In this document: positions 12,511 to 27,567 of the stretch, piece after piece
Layout: every line of letters starts with the position of its first letter
Position numbering within the stretch: the stretch's first letter is position 1
From: the human T2T-CHM13v2.0 reference genome, Homo sapiens
DNA length: 64,000 bases
Reading direction: 5' to 3' (one strand)
Assembly: GCF_009914755.1 (NCBI RefSeq)
Contig: NC_060936.1
Position numbers and translations under genes: made by a program
Notes under the pieces: generated by a model
The model's database searches: none
Told to the model about the DNA's origin: nothing
The model's input: the letters and a program-made list of their open reading frames with translations, nothing else

Positions 12511-15500
12511 AGTTTAAGAAACAGATGACCCTTTCAACTGAATAAAGATATCTGATTATATCTGATAATAATTCTGATTATCTTTAGAATACAACTATAA
12601 AACCAAATCCGGCAAAATGTGAATCAAAGAGTTATCATGCTCTGCATAAAGCTTTCGAAGAGGATTTCCAGCCCATCATCTCCATCTCGCTTATAATTAA
12701 TATAAGACTGGGGATTCAAATGCAATAAATACAGAATGAATAAAACAGAAGGCTAAGTCTCTCATGAGCTTCAGTTTGATATTTCTAGTCATTTGCATTT
12801 AAGGGGAATATAGAACAACACGTTTTCCATTATCCCCAAATACTCTATCATTTTAATAGTTGCAGAGATTCCACGGTATAGCTACAGTGTCTTGTCAATA
12901 TTCACAACTGATTTATGTTGCAGTATAGACCACAGACAGATTCCTGGGCATCTTGGCATTGAGGCTTGGCAGAAAGCCTCCTGCCCTGGCCTTGAACCAG
13001 GAGTCATAGACTCCCCGCTGCTGGCATACCACAACCCTATATTCTAAATCTGGCAAGATTTACAGCTGGTATTGCACATAGCAGCATTTCTTTGTAATGC
13101 CATTTCTTAAGCCCAGCCAGTTCTTTATACTGCTGGAAAAAATCCATATGCTATCTCTAAATCCTAGGGACTAGCACTCTTGAACTTCTGAAGCTGCTTG
13201 GAGTAAGATCACAACTGAAGCCAAAGCCATGAAAAGAATATCCTGTCCCTGACACAGAAGTGCTAAAATTGATGGAAGACTCTGGCAACAAGGAGAGGCT
13301 CTTACAAAAGACTCCTTGGCATGTGATTATTAATTACCCTCCCAGGAAAGGCAGTTGCTGGACCTTAGTAAGTGTTTCTTGTAAGAAGAGATATGGGAAT
13401 TATTTGAGAGGGGCTCCATAGTATGTTTTGCAGAGGGCCTTGAGATTGTACTCTTGATTATTAGCAGCTTACATCTTTTCATTTCTTTTTCCATTGCAAT
13501 ACTTTTTCCTTAAGTGAGAGCTCTGAGTATGAATCAACAAAAGACTTAACCCTATACATTTTTTAATAACAGATGTAACTATATTGTATCCCCATTTCAT
13601 TTCCCTCTGCAACCAATATAGGGCAACTTTCCAATAGCCACCATTTGCACAGTGTCTGTATACAGCTCTCTCTGGACCACGGTATCCATGATGCTAGGAC
13701 TGGCCTTGGTACCCTCTGTGTTTCCATTCCTAACCCTTACAATGTTTCCAGTTCTCAGTTTATCTCACTCCTATTTCCTAATGCTACGAATATTCATGAT
13801 CAGTGCTATTGAATTCCTGACTTGGCTCTTAAATACATATTTGATTTCAATGAATTTCCTGTTAATTACAGCTGCTTTGTTTTCAAATTTTCCCTTTTGG
13901 GTCTCATAAAGAAACCAAGCATTCTGTCTTCCAATGTCAGCTGATTTAGGACAATTTGCTAAGTCCTCTTTTTCATTCTGCAATTAGTGAGCACAGGGCC
14001 AAGCATAGTGTGAAGCACTAAAGACAATACAGTGAAAAATAGGCATGATCTCTGCCCTCAAGAAGGAATGGATACTAAACAAGTAATCACACACATAACT
14101 AGAAAATGTAAGTTTTCATATGAGCTAGGAAAATAAATATAGGGGTGGGAGGCAGAAAAGGAAGTTTCCCTGAGGAAGTGATTGCCTTTGTCACAGGACC
14201 ATAATCACTCTTTTTTGTTTAATTGTGCATTTTGATTAGCTATTGAAAGCAGAATGTTGTATTAGTTGGGTTAATATTCAGCATGTGATTCAGATACTCT
14301 GCAGCTGTGCAGAGAGAGCTAAGTCCTGTTTCTTTTGAAATTTCCTATGGAATAGAAGCAATCATTCCCATGGGCATATTGGATAGATTAAAGTGAGTGT
14401 TATTCACTTGTCAGCTCAATTGTAATATCAGAGCAAAGTTCTCCATTCTGTTTCTGGCATTCACCATGATCCTTGACCACCTCTACTTTACAGAAAAGAA
14501 AAGTGAGGCCCTTTTTATTACTGAGTTTTCCCAAAGATCTCTGCAAGTTCAAGAATGCAGAACTCTTGGTTATCAGCTTCTTGAACACTGACTCAGTGTC
14601 AAGTGTGAGTGATAGGAATCCTCACTTGGAGGCCACTGCTGACACCACTTACCTATTAGACCATACAGTGACCTAGCCAAAGTACTTAGAAGAATGGAAC
14701 AAGGAAAGAGAAGGACCATCTGGAGAAATCACAGGTCAACATCCACTACCACCAAGACAAAACTCTCAGTCCTCTTACAAGAACAGTGGAGACATCTCTG
14801 CCCTCTTATAGATCCATGGACAACAGAGTTCATTTGTTTGTGTTGGGGAGAAGGGAAATGGGAGCTGTTTTGTACCAGGCATGACAGGAGGTACCCTCCA
14901 AAATTGGCCATTCAAATATCACAACTGTCTTATGAGTAGGCACTATAATTCCCATTTCACAAAGAAACTGAGTCCCAGCACTATTTATAAGGTAGAAAGA
15001 GAAGAGCCCATTTCAGAACTCATGTAGGTGAGTAACATAAGAATGAGCATATAATCAAAGCAGCACAGAATTGGAGATCAAAGAGTAAGGCTAAAGTCCT
15101 AACTCTTCCCATCTATGAATATGTGATCTTAGACATTCATTAATCCTATGAACTGATCCGTAGTCCTACATTTAAGATAAGGAAAGTAGAATTCATCTCC
15201 TCCACATGGCTTTAGAATCAAAGAAAATCATGTCAAAGCATATGAAAATCTATTATAGAATTTTCGTAGTTGGTCTGTTAGGGCAAATAAAGACTATTAC
15301 AATTAAAAGACATCAAAGCAAACCAGCAAGTACAAACATGTTTTTGTTCATCTATGAAATATTCATTATCATCTAGTATTTGCTAAGGCTGTATATTGAA
15401 ACATCAGATACTAGTAAAAATCGGAAAGCGGAAAAGATATCAGAAAGTGGTAAAGGTTATAATTTTACCAAAACAACATATTCTTTGTAACTTAGTTTTA

Positions 15501-17455
15501 TTTTCACAAGAGACTATTTTATTTAATTCAGGTCTTATGCCAATCTGCCTTGATAATTTACAAGGCTATTTTATCCACTTTTATATTGTTTAAATTGAGT
15601 TTTTAGCTAATTCTAAGTGAAATAAAATCTGTATCTAACCAGATCAAATAATTACGCTAAATTAAATATATTCCTTTAAAAAGTAAGTACAAATTTTATT
15701 TAAAAATAAATAAATAAAATGAAATAAAGATTGGAATATAGGCCTTTAAAAGATGATTTTTCTCTAATTTCATTACATAAATTTAAGATGCCACTTTAAG
15801 TTTCAGCTTCAAAATCAGGTACAGAAGAGACATGCATGAAAAAATAATTGTTTTCAAGGAAGTTTTTACTGCATAGATTAAGCCTAAAGACTCAGCTAGT
15901 TTAATTGGCTTAGAATTAATGATATGTAAATCTAAGTTGAGTATTGCTTGAAACCAGTTCTATTCTTAATAGCATAAAAATAGATACAATAAAATACTTC
16001 TCTTCTAATTAAATGTTTTAAAAATACACTTAAGGAGAAGAGCAAAACAAACAGTTTGGTATCCACCCGTCATCCTAAGCAACCACTTTCCCAAATGCCT
16101 CCTTTAGAACTGAACAGGCAGTTTCTAACCCTTAATTCTGCCCTATGTTATCTTCCCTAATTATTCATTCTGTCAAGGAAACCAATAGAGCAACATCCTC
16201 TCTCCTTTTTCCTAGGGAACATCCCAAATGTGTCTGAGGACAAACTTTATCGTCCTGATTCTAAACCAATAGAGTACAACCCAGTATAGTCTGAGTATAC
16301 CACCACAACTGAGGTATGCACCATCCTACTATCTTCTCTTCTTTAATTTTTTCCTACCACGGTGGAAAACTTGGAGACCTGATTCTCTTAGGAACCCCAG
16401 GGATCAGTGAGCATTACACAGAATCAAAGAAAACAGGAGAAACTTCAAAATCAGCCAAAACTCTATACATTGGTTATAGAGGAAGTTCTCCAAAGGTTGT
16501 CAAAAGCCAAAATTGAATACCACTTTTGCAACACAGTGCAGCCATTCTTCAATCAACACTACGATTTCTAAAATCTTATATGTTCCCCATTCATCTAATC
16601 AAGCAAATAAAATTTTACCTAAAATAACTTAAAAAAACTCACCACATTTCTTAAAAAAGGTCAAAGCGTTCAAATCTTCCTGCATGAAACTTGATCTTCT
16701 GTGTTCAGGGTTTGGTTCTGTATGTGCTGAAGCCACTTGCTTTCCCTAAATAAATTTTTACATTGTATATAACTCCAGAGGAAAAAGCAATCTGTCCTCT
16801 GCAGATCAATGTTTATGCTTCAAAGAAGAACAGACATATGATTAATCTAGGGGATTTGTTCACCCCTAAACACCTTTACACTGTATGTTTTTTAAAGTTA
16901 AAAGGCTCCAGGTTTACTTGATCAAAATCTTTAGCTCTATGAAAATTTACTACCCAGCAGCTAACCAGCTGTTTAATACTTTCACTAAGGCCGATTGCAA
17001 TAACAGGGATTTAATGATATAAAAACATGAACTCTTGGTAGAGAGGACTTTTAATATGCTTTAATGGGTTATTAAGGATTAAGAGTCTGAGATTATTTAA
17101 GTATGCAGTCATACAGAGAAACAAAATAATGGGCTCTGGATATCCCTCGCAGATGTATGATTCTGCAGAAATAAGCCATGGCACAGGTGAGTCTTTGAAG
17201 ATAAAGATGTTTTATATACATTAAAGAAGGATTAAGATATAAATTCAAGCCATTGTGATTAAATCTCAATGTGCTACCAGACTCATAAAATTTAAAATTT
17301 TTTTAAAAAATTTGCTTTCTTATTAGTGGTTATAACATTCTGTACAAAAGTTTATAATCTTCCCACCAAAATTTATCATTCTTGATATATTTCTTACTTT
17401 CTTAGCTTGTTTCTTTATCTTCATTGTGTGGAGTATACCTTAATAAGAATTTATC

Positions 17456-17747
<292 letters not shown>

Positions 17748-18979
17748 TTAATCAAAGTTTCTGGGCAAAAATGGTAACCAAGCAGGCAAAGAACATCAAA
17801 TAGGTTCAGATGACTGACACATGTTCTACCGTGACTGGGAATAATTATACCAACTAGAAAACTCATGAGGCTACCATTCTCCTGTACCAATTTGTTCACA
17901 AGGGTGGATAATAAATAGATCAAAAAAGTATACAAAAGCACAAATACAGATTTTGAAAATAATCTCTAGGTCTTAAACTCGAATCAAAATTAGACAAACC
18001 GCTTTTGACTTATGAACCAATGATTAGGACCACATGATTATACTGTCATTCTTTTTAATAGAAACTTTTCAATATACCCACAATTAAAATTAATCAACTG
18101 TGTTTTTTCAGCAGAAGATCCAAACCAAGTGAGAAACAGAGGAGCAGATGGGTGTCTTAACTGCTCTATTTGCATATCCTTATGGAATGGTGAAATCTTT
18201 CATGTTTGGATATTTCTACTTCACAAAGTGATCATTCTGAATATGAGACATTGCGCTATGCCTTCTGTTTTCATATCACTTTTTGCGAGGTAATTAGCTA
18301 GCACTATTAGAATTTGTAGGGTCAGTCATGAGAAGAATTGTGAAGTACATTTCATGGTCATTGCCAATTTACGTGCCAAACTCACCTTTTGGATTCCCTT
18401 TTCTTTTTCATGTGTACCATTATCAAACTATATACACTCAGATTACTGGATCACACCTTCAAACTGAATTCATCTCTCTTCCTCATTCCTCATCAGAATT
18501 CTGGGCTCTCTCACCTAGGCTCATCCATTGGGGAATCAAGTGGTCAAATATAAAATTCTGTTTGACTATTATCCTTTGAATTTATAAAGCAATTTAATAT
18601 ATATTATCTCATTTTTTATAATAACACCATACTATAAATATTATTTTCTTTCTTTTAAACAATGAGGTAACTAAGAACAAAAGATCCAGAAGATGGATAT
18701 CTGATGAGCTTATGAGCAAAACTAAAAAACCCGAGTCTCTCTTCTCTCAATCTCATGTGCTTACTACTACACAAAGCAGTAAACAAATTTGTCTTTATAG
18801 CATAACCTAGGGCGACATGAATTACTTTCAAATGCATGTTTGCTACATTGAAGATGGTAAAACTAATAGTCAGTTAATGTGTTATCTCCCTGATAATATT
18901 TGCATTTTTAAAAAGAATAACATGGTAAACTATGTCTTTTAAATAAGAAAATGAATTTTTCAACATTGAAATCTCTTTA

Positions 18980-19450
18980 TTCACGCACATATTTACTCAA
19001 CAAATTTTTACTAAACTACCTACAATGTGTCAGACACTGTACAAGGTGCTAAGAATACAACTTGAATAAAGCATTTTTATATCCCTAAGGATTTTATGTA
19101 ACAGAAAACTTAAAAACACTATTGATTACAGTATAGTGTGATAAATTATAAAAAGAGGATTTCCACAGGATGTTATGGAAACAAAGGGCAGTTAATAAGA
19201 GGGGGAGAATGTTCCAGGCACTTAGGAGTTTATAAAGAAGGTAGAAATAGCATGAGACGTGGAAGGAACAACAAGACATTCAGAATCGTTCTGGCACAAA
19301 GATGAGTCTGAAAATGAAGGGTCTCATGGGTTAAGCTTAAGATTTTAAATCTTATCTTAAACACTATAGGGTCCCATCAAAAGTTATAAACAAGAACATT
19401 CAGGATAAGATATTTGTTATACAAATATTATTCTAGCAGTAAAGAAAATT
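18980..19450 (-). mobile_element. L2 LINE 3' fragment
   Basis: atttactcaacaaatttttactaaactacctacaatgtgtcagacactgtacaaggtgct. Confidence 0.65.
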
Positions 19451-22400
19451 AGAAACACGCCTTTAGAAAAGCATTTGGGGCAGGAAGGACTTCCTAGGGT
19501 TCTTAAATCACATGGTATAGAGCCAACTCTTTTATCTGTAATTTTCCAGGCATGACACTGGCATATTAAAAGAAAAACTTACGTATAATAATCGAAAAGC
19601 TTCGAGCTTTCCATCATGCCTACTAAAACAGTGCTGTGTTAAATGTGCCCTGGTCTAGTTAATGTATTGTGTATTTCTAAAAATCTTTGCTTTCTAGTTT
19701 GTCTCAGTTAGTGTTTTGGGTTTGGCACTTGTCTCAAAGAGTTATGAATGGGAACTCAAGGTGGAAATAACAGAATACAGTCTGTAACAATCTCTGTACT
19801 GTTGCAAAAGTCACATTTTAACAAAGCGAGAATTAGTAGTTACATGACGGTGCTAGTTGAAAATGTAGCTCAAATTAAATTCAAGCAACATTGAAAATTA
19901 CAGGATCCCTCACTTGCTTTCAGAGAAAAAGGTCAGTTCTTAGCTGCTGACAAGAAGAGAAAAAGGAGGTTGATATTTAAGGAAAATTGCCTATGGCTTT
20001 ATGGAACTACGGAGACAACAGGCAGTCTCAATAGTCTGTATTATTTCATTCTAGTGATTGGAATTAATAAATAATTGAACATGTCAGTTGAAAATATAAA
20101 TAAAAGGGAAGGGAAGGGAACTAGTTTGATCAGGTAAGCAAAACATGTAGACTCCCATTGCCAAACTGAACAGCTTCAAGAGGGCCAGGAGGCAAATAAA
20201 GGCATTGACCTTAGAACTGAGAAGAATAAAAACTAGACTTGGTAGATAAGTAAATGTGGGGCAGCAAACAGTTCTTTCTCTAAAATGAGGAGGCAGGTGA
20301 AAGAGACACAAAATGTGTCATGGTTTTTACCTGTACAAAGGCTGTAGCCATATAAAAATACATAGTGGAGACTTTTCTCCAAGCTAAGAAAGAGCATCAC
20401 ACCACAACCACTAATAAAGGTCATAATGATGAACATCTTCTTTAATATTAAAGTGTCATAGCAATGAAAATATCTAGTAATGTAACAGGATTTCCCAGTT
20501 TCAGTTGCAATATTGTGGAAAAATCTTATTACCAGACTACCTCTGCAATCTATTTTCTATTACTTTTTCTCCAAATGAATCTACTTTTCTTATTATAATA
20601 TCTTAAACCTGAAAATATTCACATAATAGATTTCAAATGAGAATGGCAATGATAAAGAAAAATCTTCCATGTAATAATCACAAAATTATACAATGAAAAA
20701 TAATAACTCAAATTATATGTAATTCTCTATGGCCCACAATGGAAATCTATTATATTCACTCAGAAGTAGAAATATATTCAACATAAAATGAAATTATTTT
20801 AAATATCTAAATAAGCCTTATTTCTGCAGAAAATTGTCCATGACCAAAGCAGTGTAAAAATTGGAGGTGTAAATTCTTAACTGGCCAGCCTCACATCCCC
20901 ATATGCTTTAAAAACCTACCAGGAAAGAGCAAGAAGTTTGCATTAGCATATGTGGACCTCCAAAAATTACTCATTATTTCGTGATTCCAACACCCAATTT
21001 ACAAAATTAGTTAACATACCGAGTCAGCAAATACTCCTATTAAATATTGTTATAAAAAACAATACTTGGAGAATTAAAGTCATAGTTTTAACTGTAAGAA
21101 CCTACTCAAAGAAGGGATTAAATAAAACAAAACGGGTCAAAAAATTCTTTGTTCCCAAAGACAGCAGAGCATATTTGCACATCAGGATTTTTAGATTTTT
21201 ACATTTATACAAGCCATACCCAATCTCCTCTGTTCAGAAGAAAAGAAAATCATACTTAGGGTTTTGTTCTTCAAATCCTACAACAGGAAAAAAAACAGAT
21301 ATTTAAGCTTCAGAATGGTTTTCACTGCCTGGTTATGTTAGTCAAAAAAAAAGGTTAAGCTTTAAACTCATTAATTTCATATAGGAGGGATGGAGAAATG
21401 CATACAATCATATAATCACCAGTGGTGAGCCCCATTGTCTCTTGATTCATGCTTCATTTATTCCCATGTTTTCTCTAGAGAAGATGCAATTAGCCTCTCA
21501 CATGCTAATCAGATGCAATGGCTTCATGCTTCTCAGCATTTCAATTGATATTGATCCCTGAAACTAAGGTCAGGCTGTCACCAAATAGGAACATATTCTT
21601 TACTGACTTTCACAAGCCAAGATACTTTCATGTTGGAGAAACAGGCCAAATAGCCATTTAAAGCATGGTTCATAATGAGGTTACCAGGGTGCCAACTTGA
21701 AATCCTTGTCAGCTAGTAATAGTTGCTCTATCACTTGGTTATACATTTCATCCCTAACTCCTCTCAAGCTACTGTCTTATAAAGACGGGTTATGGTATCA
21801 AGGGCAAAGGAACAGTGGCAGATCAGCGCAAACAAACTAACCACCAGATGAACTAGTCCTCAAGTACATTGCACAGCCAGGGAGCCGGGGTGCCATGACG
21901 CTAACAGGCTGCAGAAGAGTTGCCCCCTCAACCAACTCTACCATGATTGCCAGTTAGCCTGGTAATAAATTAACAAACATCCAGTGATTTATATTTTATG
22001 GATAAAATGGCTTTTATTGAGCTCGTAACTTCCCTACCATTCAGTGTACCAAGTGCTAAGTATTAAGTACACATTGTGCTTTCATTGGTGCTTAAATCTT
22101 ATCTTGTTCGTTCTAACTTCCTTAAAGGTAGGGCTGTGTGTCTAGCTTTGTAAACACACAGGGCTGTGTGTGTATTCTTTTGGTTCCTTTGTCAGTGCAT
22201 ACCACAATACTTGGCATACAAGAAGTATTTCATATACACAAGTTGAAATTGAGTAAAGTGAGATGAGAAAGTAGAAACTGTACTGGGTGAAGAAATAAAA
22301 TGATTTTCTGAAATCTCTTTCATGATGTGGATATCACGCAAAAAAAAATGGAGATGGAGAGTGCTAGAAACAAAACAATCTGAATGCCCATAATAATCAG

Positions 22401-22559
22401 TATACCAATAAGACATTCATGAAATGATGCAATGCCTATGACTTTACTGTAGTTTAATCCATTTTAGAAGGCTGAGAAATTTATGGCAGCATGGCAATTT
22501 AGGTATGTGGTTGACTTGATAAGTATCTAAAGAAACATGCAAAAAGAAATCTCATGAAT

Positions 22560-23112
22560 AGTTTCCTAAAGATTATTAGGTCCATATAACACTACCTGAA
22601 TTCTGTATAGTACCCATAATATGCCAGCCTTTATTCAATCTACAAAATAGTTCTTTTTCTGTTTACCCTTCAGGGTCACCTGCCATGTTTTAAGTGTAGG
22701 GAACTGTCCTAATTGGTTCTAAGGTGATATTCCAAAACAGGTCCTGTACCCCAATCTAAAAACTATCTATGTATAATTTCCCAAAGAGATTAGAAACTAA
22801 TCATAACACATTTTGAGTCTTATTTCATATAATTTTATAAAGATGCACACACACGTACATATACACACACATGTATTTATATCTCTTTCAATTCTTCATC
22901 CTCCATTAGGTCTGTCTCCTCTATGTTTCTTTCATACTCTCAATTATAACATTTATAATGGCATAATAATAATTTATGTACATGGTTTTATTTTCTACCA
23001 GTCCATAAGCTTTTTTGAGAATCTGTTTTCTATTTATCTCTCTCATCCCAGGGCCTAAACTACATAACACAACACAACATAGCTCTATATAAAATAAACA
23101 AATGAATGAATG
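22560..23112 (+). mobile_element. L2 LINE 3' fragment with embedded (CA)-rich tract
   Basis: Ends in the L2 tail aaacaaatgaatgaatg; cccagggcctaaac just upstream. Confidence 0.5.
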
Positions 23113-24036
23113 GTGTAACTAAGCTTTATGCTAGCACCAGTAATAGGAAATGTTACGGTTGTAAAGATGAATAAAACCTAAATCATGCTCTGAATGAGGC
23201 TACAGAAATTATTATAACATAGAAAGTGATGAACACATCAATAAGAAATTATTATAAGGGTGTGGTTAACAGCAAATTCATTTCCATCAGGTGGATATTA
23301 AAATCACAGGTTATCCGTATTTGTGAGGACAAGGATTTTTTATTTGACTTGGGTATATACACATTTTAAAATCATACAGAAGTTTTCACATATTGTGAAA
23401 GGACTCCTAGTAATAAAAAAAAAAAAAAACAATGCACATGGGCATGGTAAAATGAGGCAGGAAAGACAGATAGGGAAGCTCAGATTTAGTCTACCCTGTA
23501 ATCCATATCAGCTCACTGGCAATCCTGAGTGAATGACCAACATCTGCCATTCACAGACAAATCAATCCCATCTGTTACGCCTCCTGTTTGGGTGCACCAA
23601 TGCAATGATGTGTAGAATACCCTTTGGGATATAACTAGAATAAACATATGTTGAGAAAAGGCCTGAGGCTTGGGAGTAGTCATGGTACTTTGCAAATTAT
23701 CCACCAAAATAAACAAAACTAGATGATCATAAATTTTCACATACATGCTGTAACACGTCAGCGAAAATGCCTTAACTAATTACAAAGTGACTCAAAGCAT
23801 AAAGAAGAAAATATTTCACAGGAAAGATGACTACATTTTTTACTGGCATCTTGAAATTTGCCTTTCAAAATCTACCCAGAAATCAAAAAAGTACATATGA
23901 ACTTTATAATAATTTATGATAGATCTTATTCTCAAATAGTAATTACATTATTTATTCCTTACACTTAGCAAAAGCATGCTTTTAAAAAATTGTTGGATGA
24001 TCTTAAAACTAAAGAACTACTGAAAGCAGTGGCTTA

Positions 24037-24637
24037 TAGCAGTAGGCAGAATGGGCCCTCAAATAATGTCCTCAGACTTGTGAATTTGTTATGTTACATG
24101 TCAAAAGGGATTTTGCAAATATAATTAAGGTTATGGACATTAAATAGGGAGATTATCCTGGATTATCTGGGTGGGTTCAATCTAATAGATGAGCCCCTAA
24201 ATGCAGAGCATTTTCTCTGGCTGGTGGTAGAGAGATGTGGCAGAAAGAAAAGTTAAAAAAATTCAAAGGATGAGAAGAACTCAACACATTGTTGCTGGAG
24301 GGGGCTACCCAGGAAGCATAACAAGGAAGTCAGGCCCTGTAGGAGTGAAGATGGCCCTCTGACAGCTAGTAAGGAAAGAGGGACCTCAGTTCTACAGGCA
24401 CAAAGAACTGAATTCATCCAACATCTGAATGAGCTTCACGGTAGAATCTCTCCTAGAGACAGGAACACAGCCCAGGTGACACTCTGATTTCAGCCCTGCA
24501 AAACCTTCAGGAAGGAATACCGTTGAGCCAGCTTTGCGTGGACTTCTGCCCCACAAAACTGTGAGATAATAAATGGATGTTATTTTAAACCACGAAGATT
24601 GTGTTAATTTGTTACAGTAGCCACAGAAAACTAATGG
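24037..24637 (+). mobile_element. MaLR solo LTR, MLT1E-like
   Basis: agggattttgcaaatataattaagg...gattatcctggattatctgggtggg...aaactgtgagataataaat...gttacagtagccacagaaaactaat. Confidence 0.85.
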
Positions 24638-24924
24638 AGAAGCCTTGTCTCTAAAATCAGAAAATTTACTAATTTTACACAAGTTGGTCAAATTTTACAG
24701 CTGAGTATAATGTTGAGAAAGTCAAGCTTCCACTTTAAGGTTTTGTAGTTTCACTTGGAAAGGTGAATTAATAAAAGCAATATACCCCTCATAGCCTTTT
24801 GGGGGCTATCAGTGAGATACTGCAGGTAATGAGCTTTGCATAGTGCTTGGTATATGATATTTATAATAAATATAAAAAAATTAGCTATTTCTATTGAAAA
24901 TCAAATGTATTTGTGGAAATATCT

Positions 24925-25150
24925 AGCTGGATGTATATTTTAGCTACTTTGCAATGTATTTTGCAATGTACCAAAAATAAGTGGATTGATTAATAGAAAT
25001 AAAGTTAGTTAAATGAATAGATATGTGCAAGAGCAAGCATAATATAGTGTTAATGCCAGAATTGAGGCCATGGGTTTATGGATGTTCACTGTAACATTCT
25101 TTCAATATTTTTGTATGCTTGACAATTTTTACTATAAAACTATTGGAACA
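24925..25150 (+). mobile_element. L1ME-type 3' end
   Basis: atggatgttcactgtaacattctttcaatatttttgtatgcttgacaatttt. Confidence 0.7.
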
Positions 25151-25773
25151 AAACAAAATTCATGAATACCAGGGATTTTAGGGCAAGGACACATGTTAAG
25201 GTGAAACATATTGTTGGCAAAATTGCAACTTTTGAGAAGAAACCTTGGTTGTAGTCATAGCTCCTTCTTTGGCTTTCTCTAGCCCATCTTTCTCTGATTT
25301 GTTAAGAGAATCAAATTATATAAAGGATGCAAACTCTCAATACAAAATAAAGGGTTTTATGGTGTATTTTCTTACATGATTAATAATTTTTCATAGTGAT
25401 ACATTTGTATGTCTTAAAATTGATTGATTAAATCAAATTTAAGTGATTCTATAACACTACTGAAGAAATGTAAACTGCATTTAATGACAGCTCCACTACT
25501 ACTCCAGGTTCCCTACATTTCACTGGATTATTGTTGCTGCTCGACACTGCTTTCATTCATTCCTTACTGACTACCTCTCATCTTTACATTTACATCCTCT
25601 GGTTGATGAATTAGCGTGCAAGGTTGCTTCGAATCTTGAATCACTATAAATTCTGGATTACTAAAGACAGATAAAGTGACTATAAAAATCGATGATAGAC
25701 TTTATCAACTCTATTATACCCTAGTTTTTCTCCAGAAACCAAATATTTAATAATTATTTTAATAATTAGCTAC

Positions 25774-26091
25774 TTGTAGAGTAGGGCAATAAAGAGAGTT
25801 TGGTTAATGGATTCAAGATACAGTTAGAAGCAATAAGATCTAGTGTTTGATAGCACAATGGGAAGACTATAGTTAACAATAGTTTACTGTATATTTCAAA
25901 ATAGCTAAAAGATTTGGAATATCCTCAACAAAAAAGATGATAAAATATTTGAGGTTATGGATTACCCAAATTTGATCATTACAAATTGTATGCTTGTAAC
26001 AATGTATCACATATATCCCGTAAATATATAAAACTATTATGTATCCATAAAAATTTTAAAAGGAAAACAATACTACAGAACTGAAAAAAAA
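25774..26091 (+). mobile_element. L1MA-type 3' end, 5'-truncated, with TSD
   Basis: ggttaatgg...gatacagttag...aataagatctagtgtttgatagcac...atttcaaaatagct...; flanked by aataattagctac / aacaattagctac. Confidence 0.85.
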
Positions 26092-27504
26092 AACAATTAG
26101 CTACCTATAACCAAGGATTTTAATTTAAGTTTTTTATAGATGGGTTAAGAATTTAGGAAAAACTTGGCAAGTGATTCCAATTAAGTCAAATATCTTAGCA
26201 TGATCCTGAACCCTCAAGCCCAAACCATATATAAAATTTTTACTATTTAGCAGTGGCATTTCATAAGAGTGGCCTTACATGAATAAAATGGCAAAATTTA
26301 ACTTTCAGATTTCACTAAGTCTGATATAGTTTTTGAAATTTATTATATAAAAATAGAGAATCTAGGCCTTATATGCAGATGCAATATATGTAATTCATTC
26401 TTTGATGAGATGGGAATTCATTCATTTAGTATCTTATAGAACATATATCCTGTGCAAACTGGGCTAGGCAGTAACAAGAGAGTGATGAAACAAACAGACA
26501 CGGTCTTGCTTTAAATAGAATAACAGGGATGAACAGTTAATAAAGATACACGAAAAAAAGATGAAGAAGGAAAAGGAAGAAAAAAGTGGCAACTGGTAGG
26601 GGTAGGAGGATATAAGAGCACATATCAGGAGGCATTGACTGATTAATTCTACATTTCTCAAAATTGTATTCTGATATACAACATGTCTGAAAACATGAAA
26701 CAAAACATGTCACACAAATGAAAAGCAATCTATCTATTATGGTATCCAGTGATAATTAAAATACACCTGGGCAAATGTCAGAGTCACCCGACAGGTCAGT
26801 TATTTTCCACTTAAATATGTATAGCTAAAATTAGAGCATAGTACTTAAAATATAATAAAAAAAGTTAAAAAAATTAAAGCATAGTGAACTGCCTATAATA
26901 GGCATTAAGTGAATAGTTGTTGAATAGAATATTTTGATACTACAAGGATATAATTATGTTGTGATTCTACTCATACTGTAAAAGCACATGATTAATACAT
27001 ATGTGCATGCTTCTTTATAACACAAAAGGCATGATATTTATCTCTGAAACAAAAACAATACAGTTCAATTGAACAGAAATTATTATTTTAAACGTCATAT
27101 TGAAATTTCAGGAAAATAAGCAGAGATATCTTTGTGATAAATTAAATTGATTAAGTGTGTAAGTTCAGTCCTGAAAGAAGTTTTGATATACCACTATCCT
27201 ATCCACAGACCTACCAAAAAAAAAAAGAAGTTATTATTCTCCTTTCATAGATCCATGAAATGTTGGGTTAGAGTTAGAGTGGATTCTGCAAGCCTCTAAG
27301 ATAAAAAATGCTTTTAAAATAGTCTTCAGTCTTTCTGGAAATATCTATTCATAGATAATGAACGACAAAATTATACTTAGAGTAAGTATCTTAAAGCCTA
27401 CTCTTAGAAAACACTTTCAGCCTAATATAAAATACAATGTGCATTTGCAAGTAATAAAATCATATTTGTTTTAAATGCTCTAAAATTCTGATTCATATTA
27501 TGCT

Positions 27505-27567
27505 TCTCCATAGCTAGTCTGATTATCTCCATAGCTAGTCTGATTATCTCCATAGCTAGTCTGATTA
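27505..27567. repeat. Perfect 21-bp tandem repeat x3 (tctccatagctagtctgatta)
   Basis: Seen directly; three identical units. Confidence 0.97.

Noticed and set aside
20950-21306. 118-aa basic ORF
   Set aside because: K/N/I/F bias simply reflects AT-rich DNA; no homology recognised and no splice support.
21838-21856. CTCF-like ccaccagatg
   Set aside because: Lacks the essential GGC 3' part of the core motif.
27505-27567. Direct repeats as a CRISPR-like array
   Set aside because: No spacers and a eukaryotic context; it is a simple tandem repeat.
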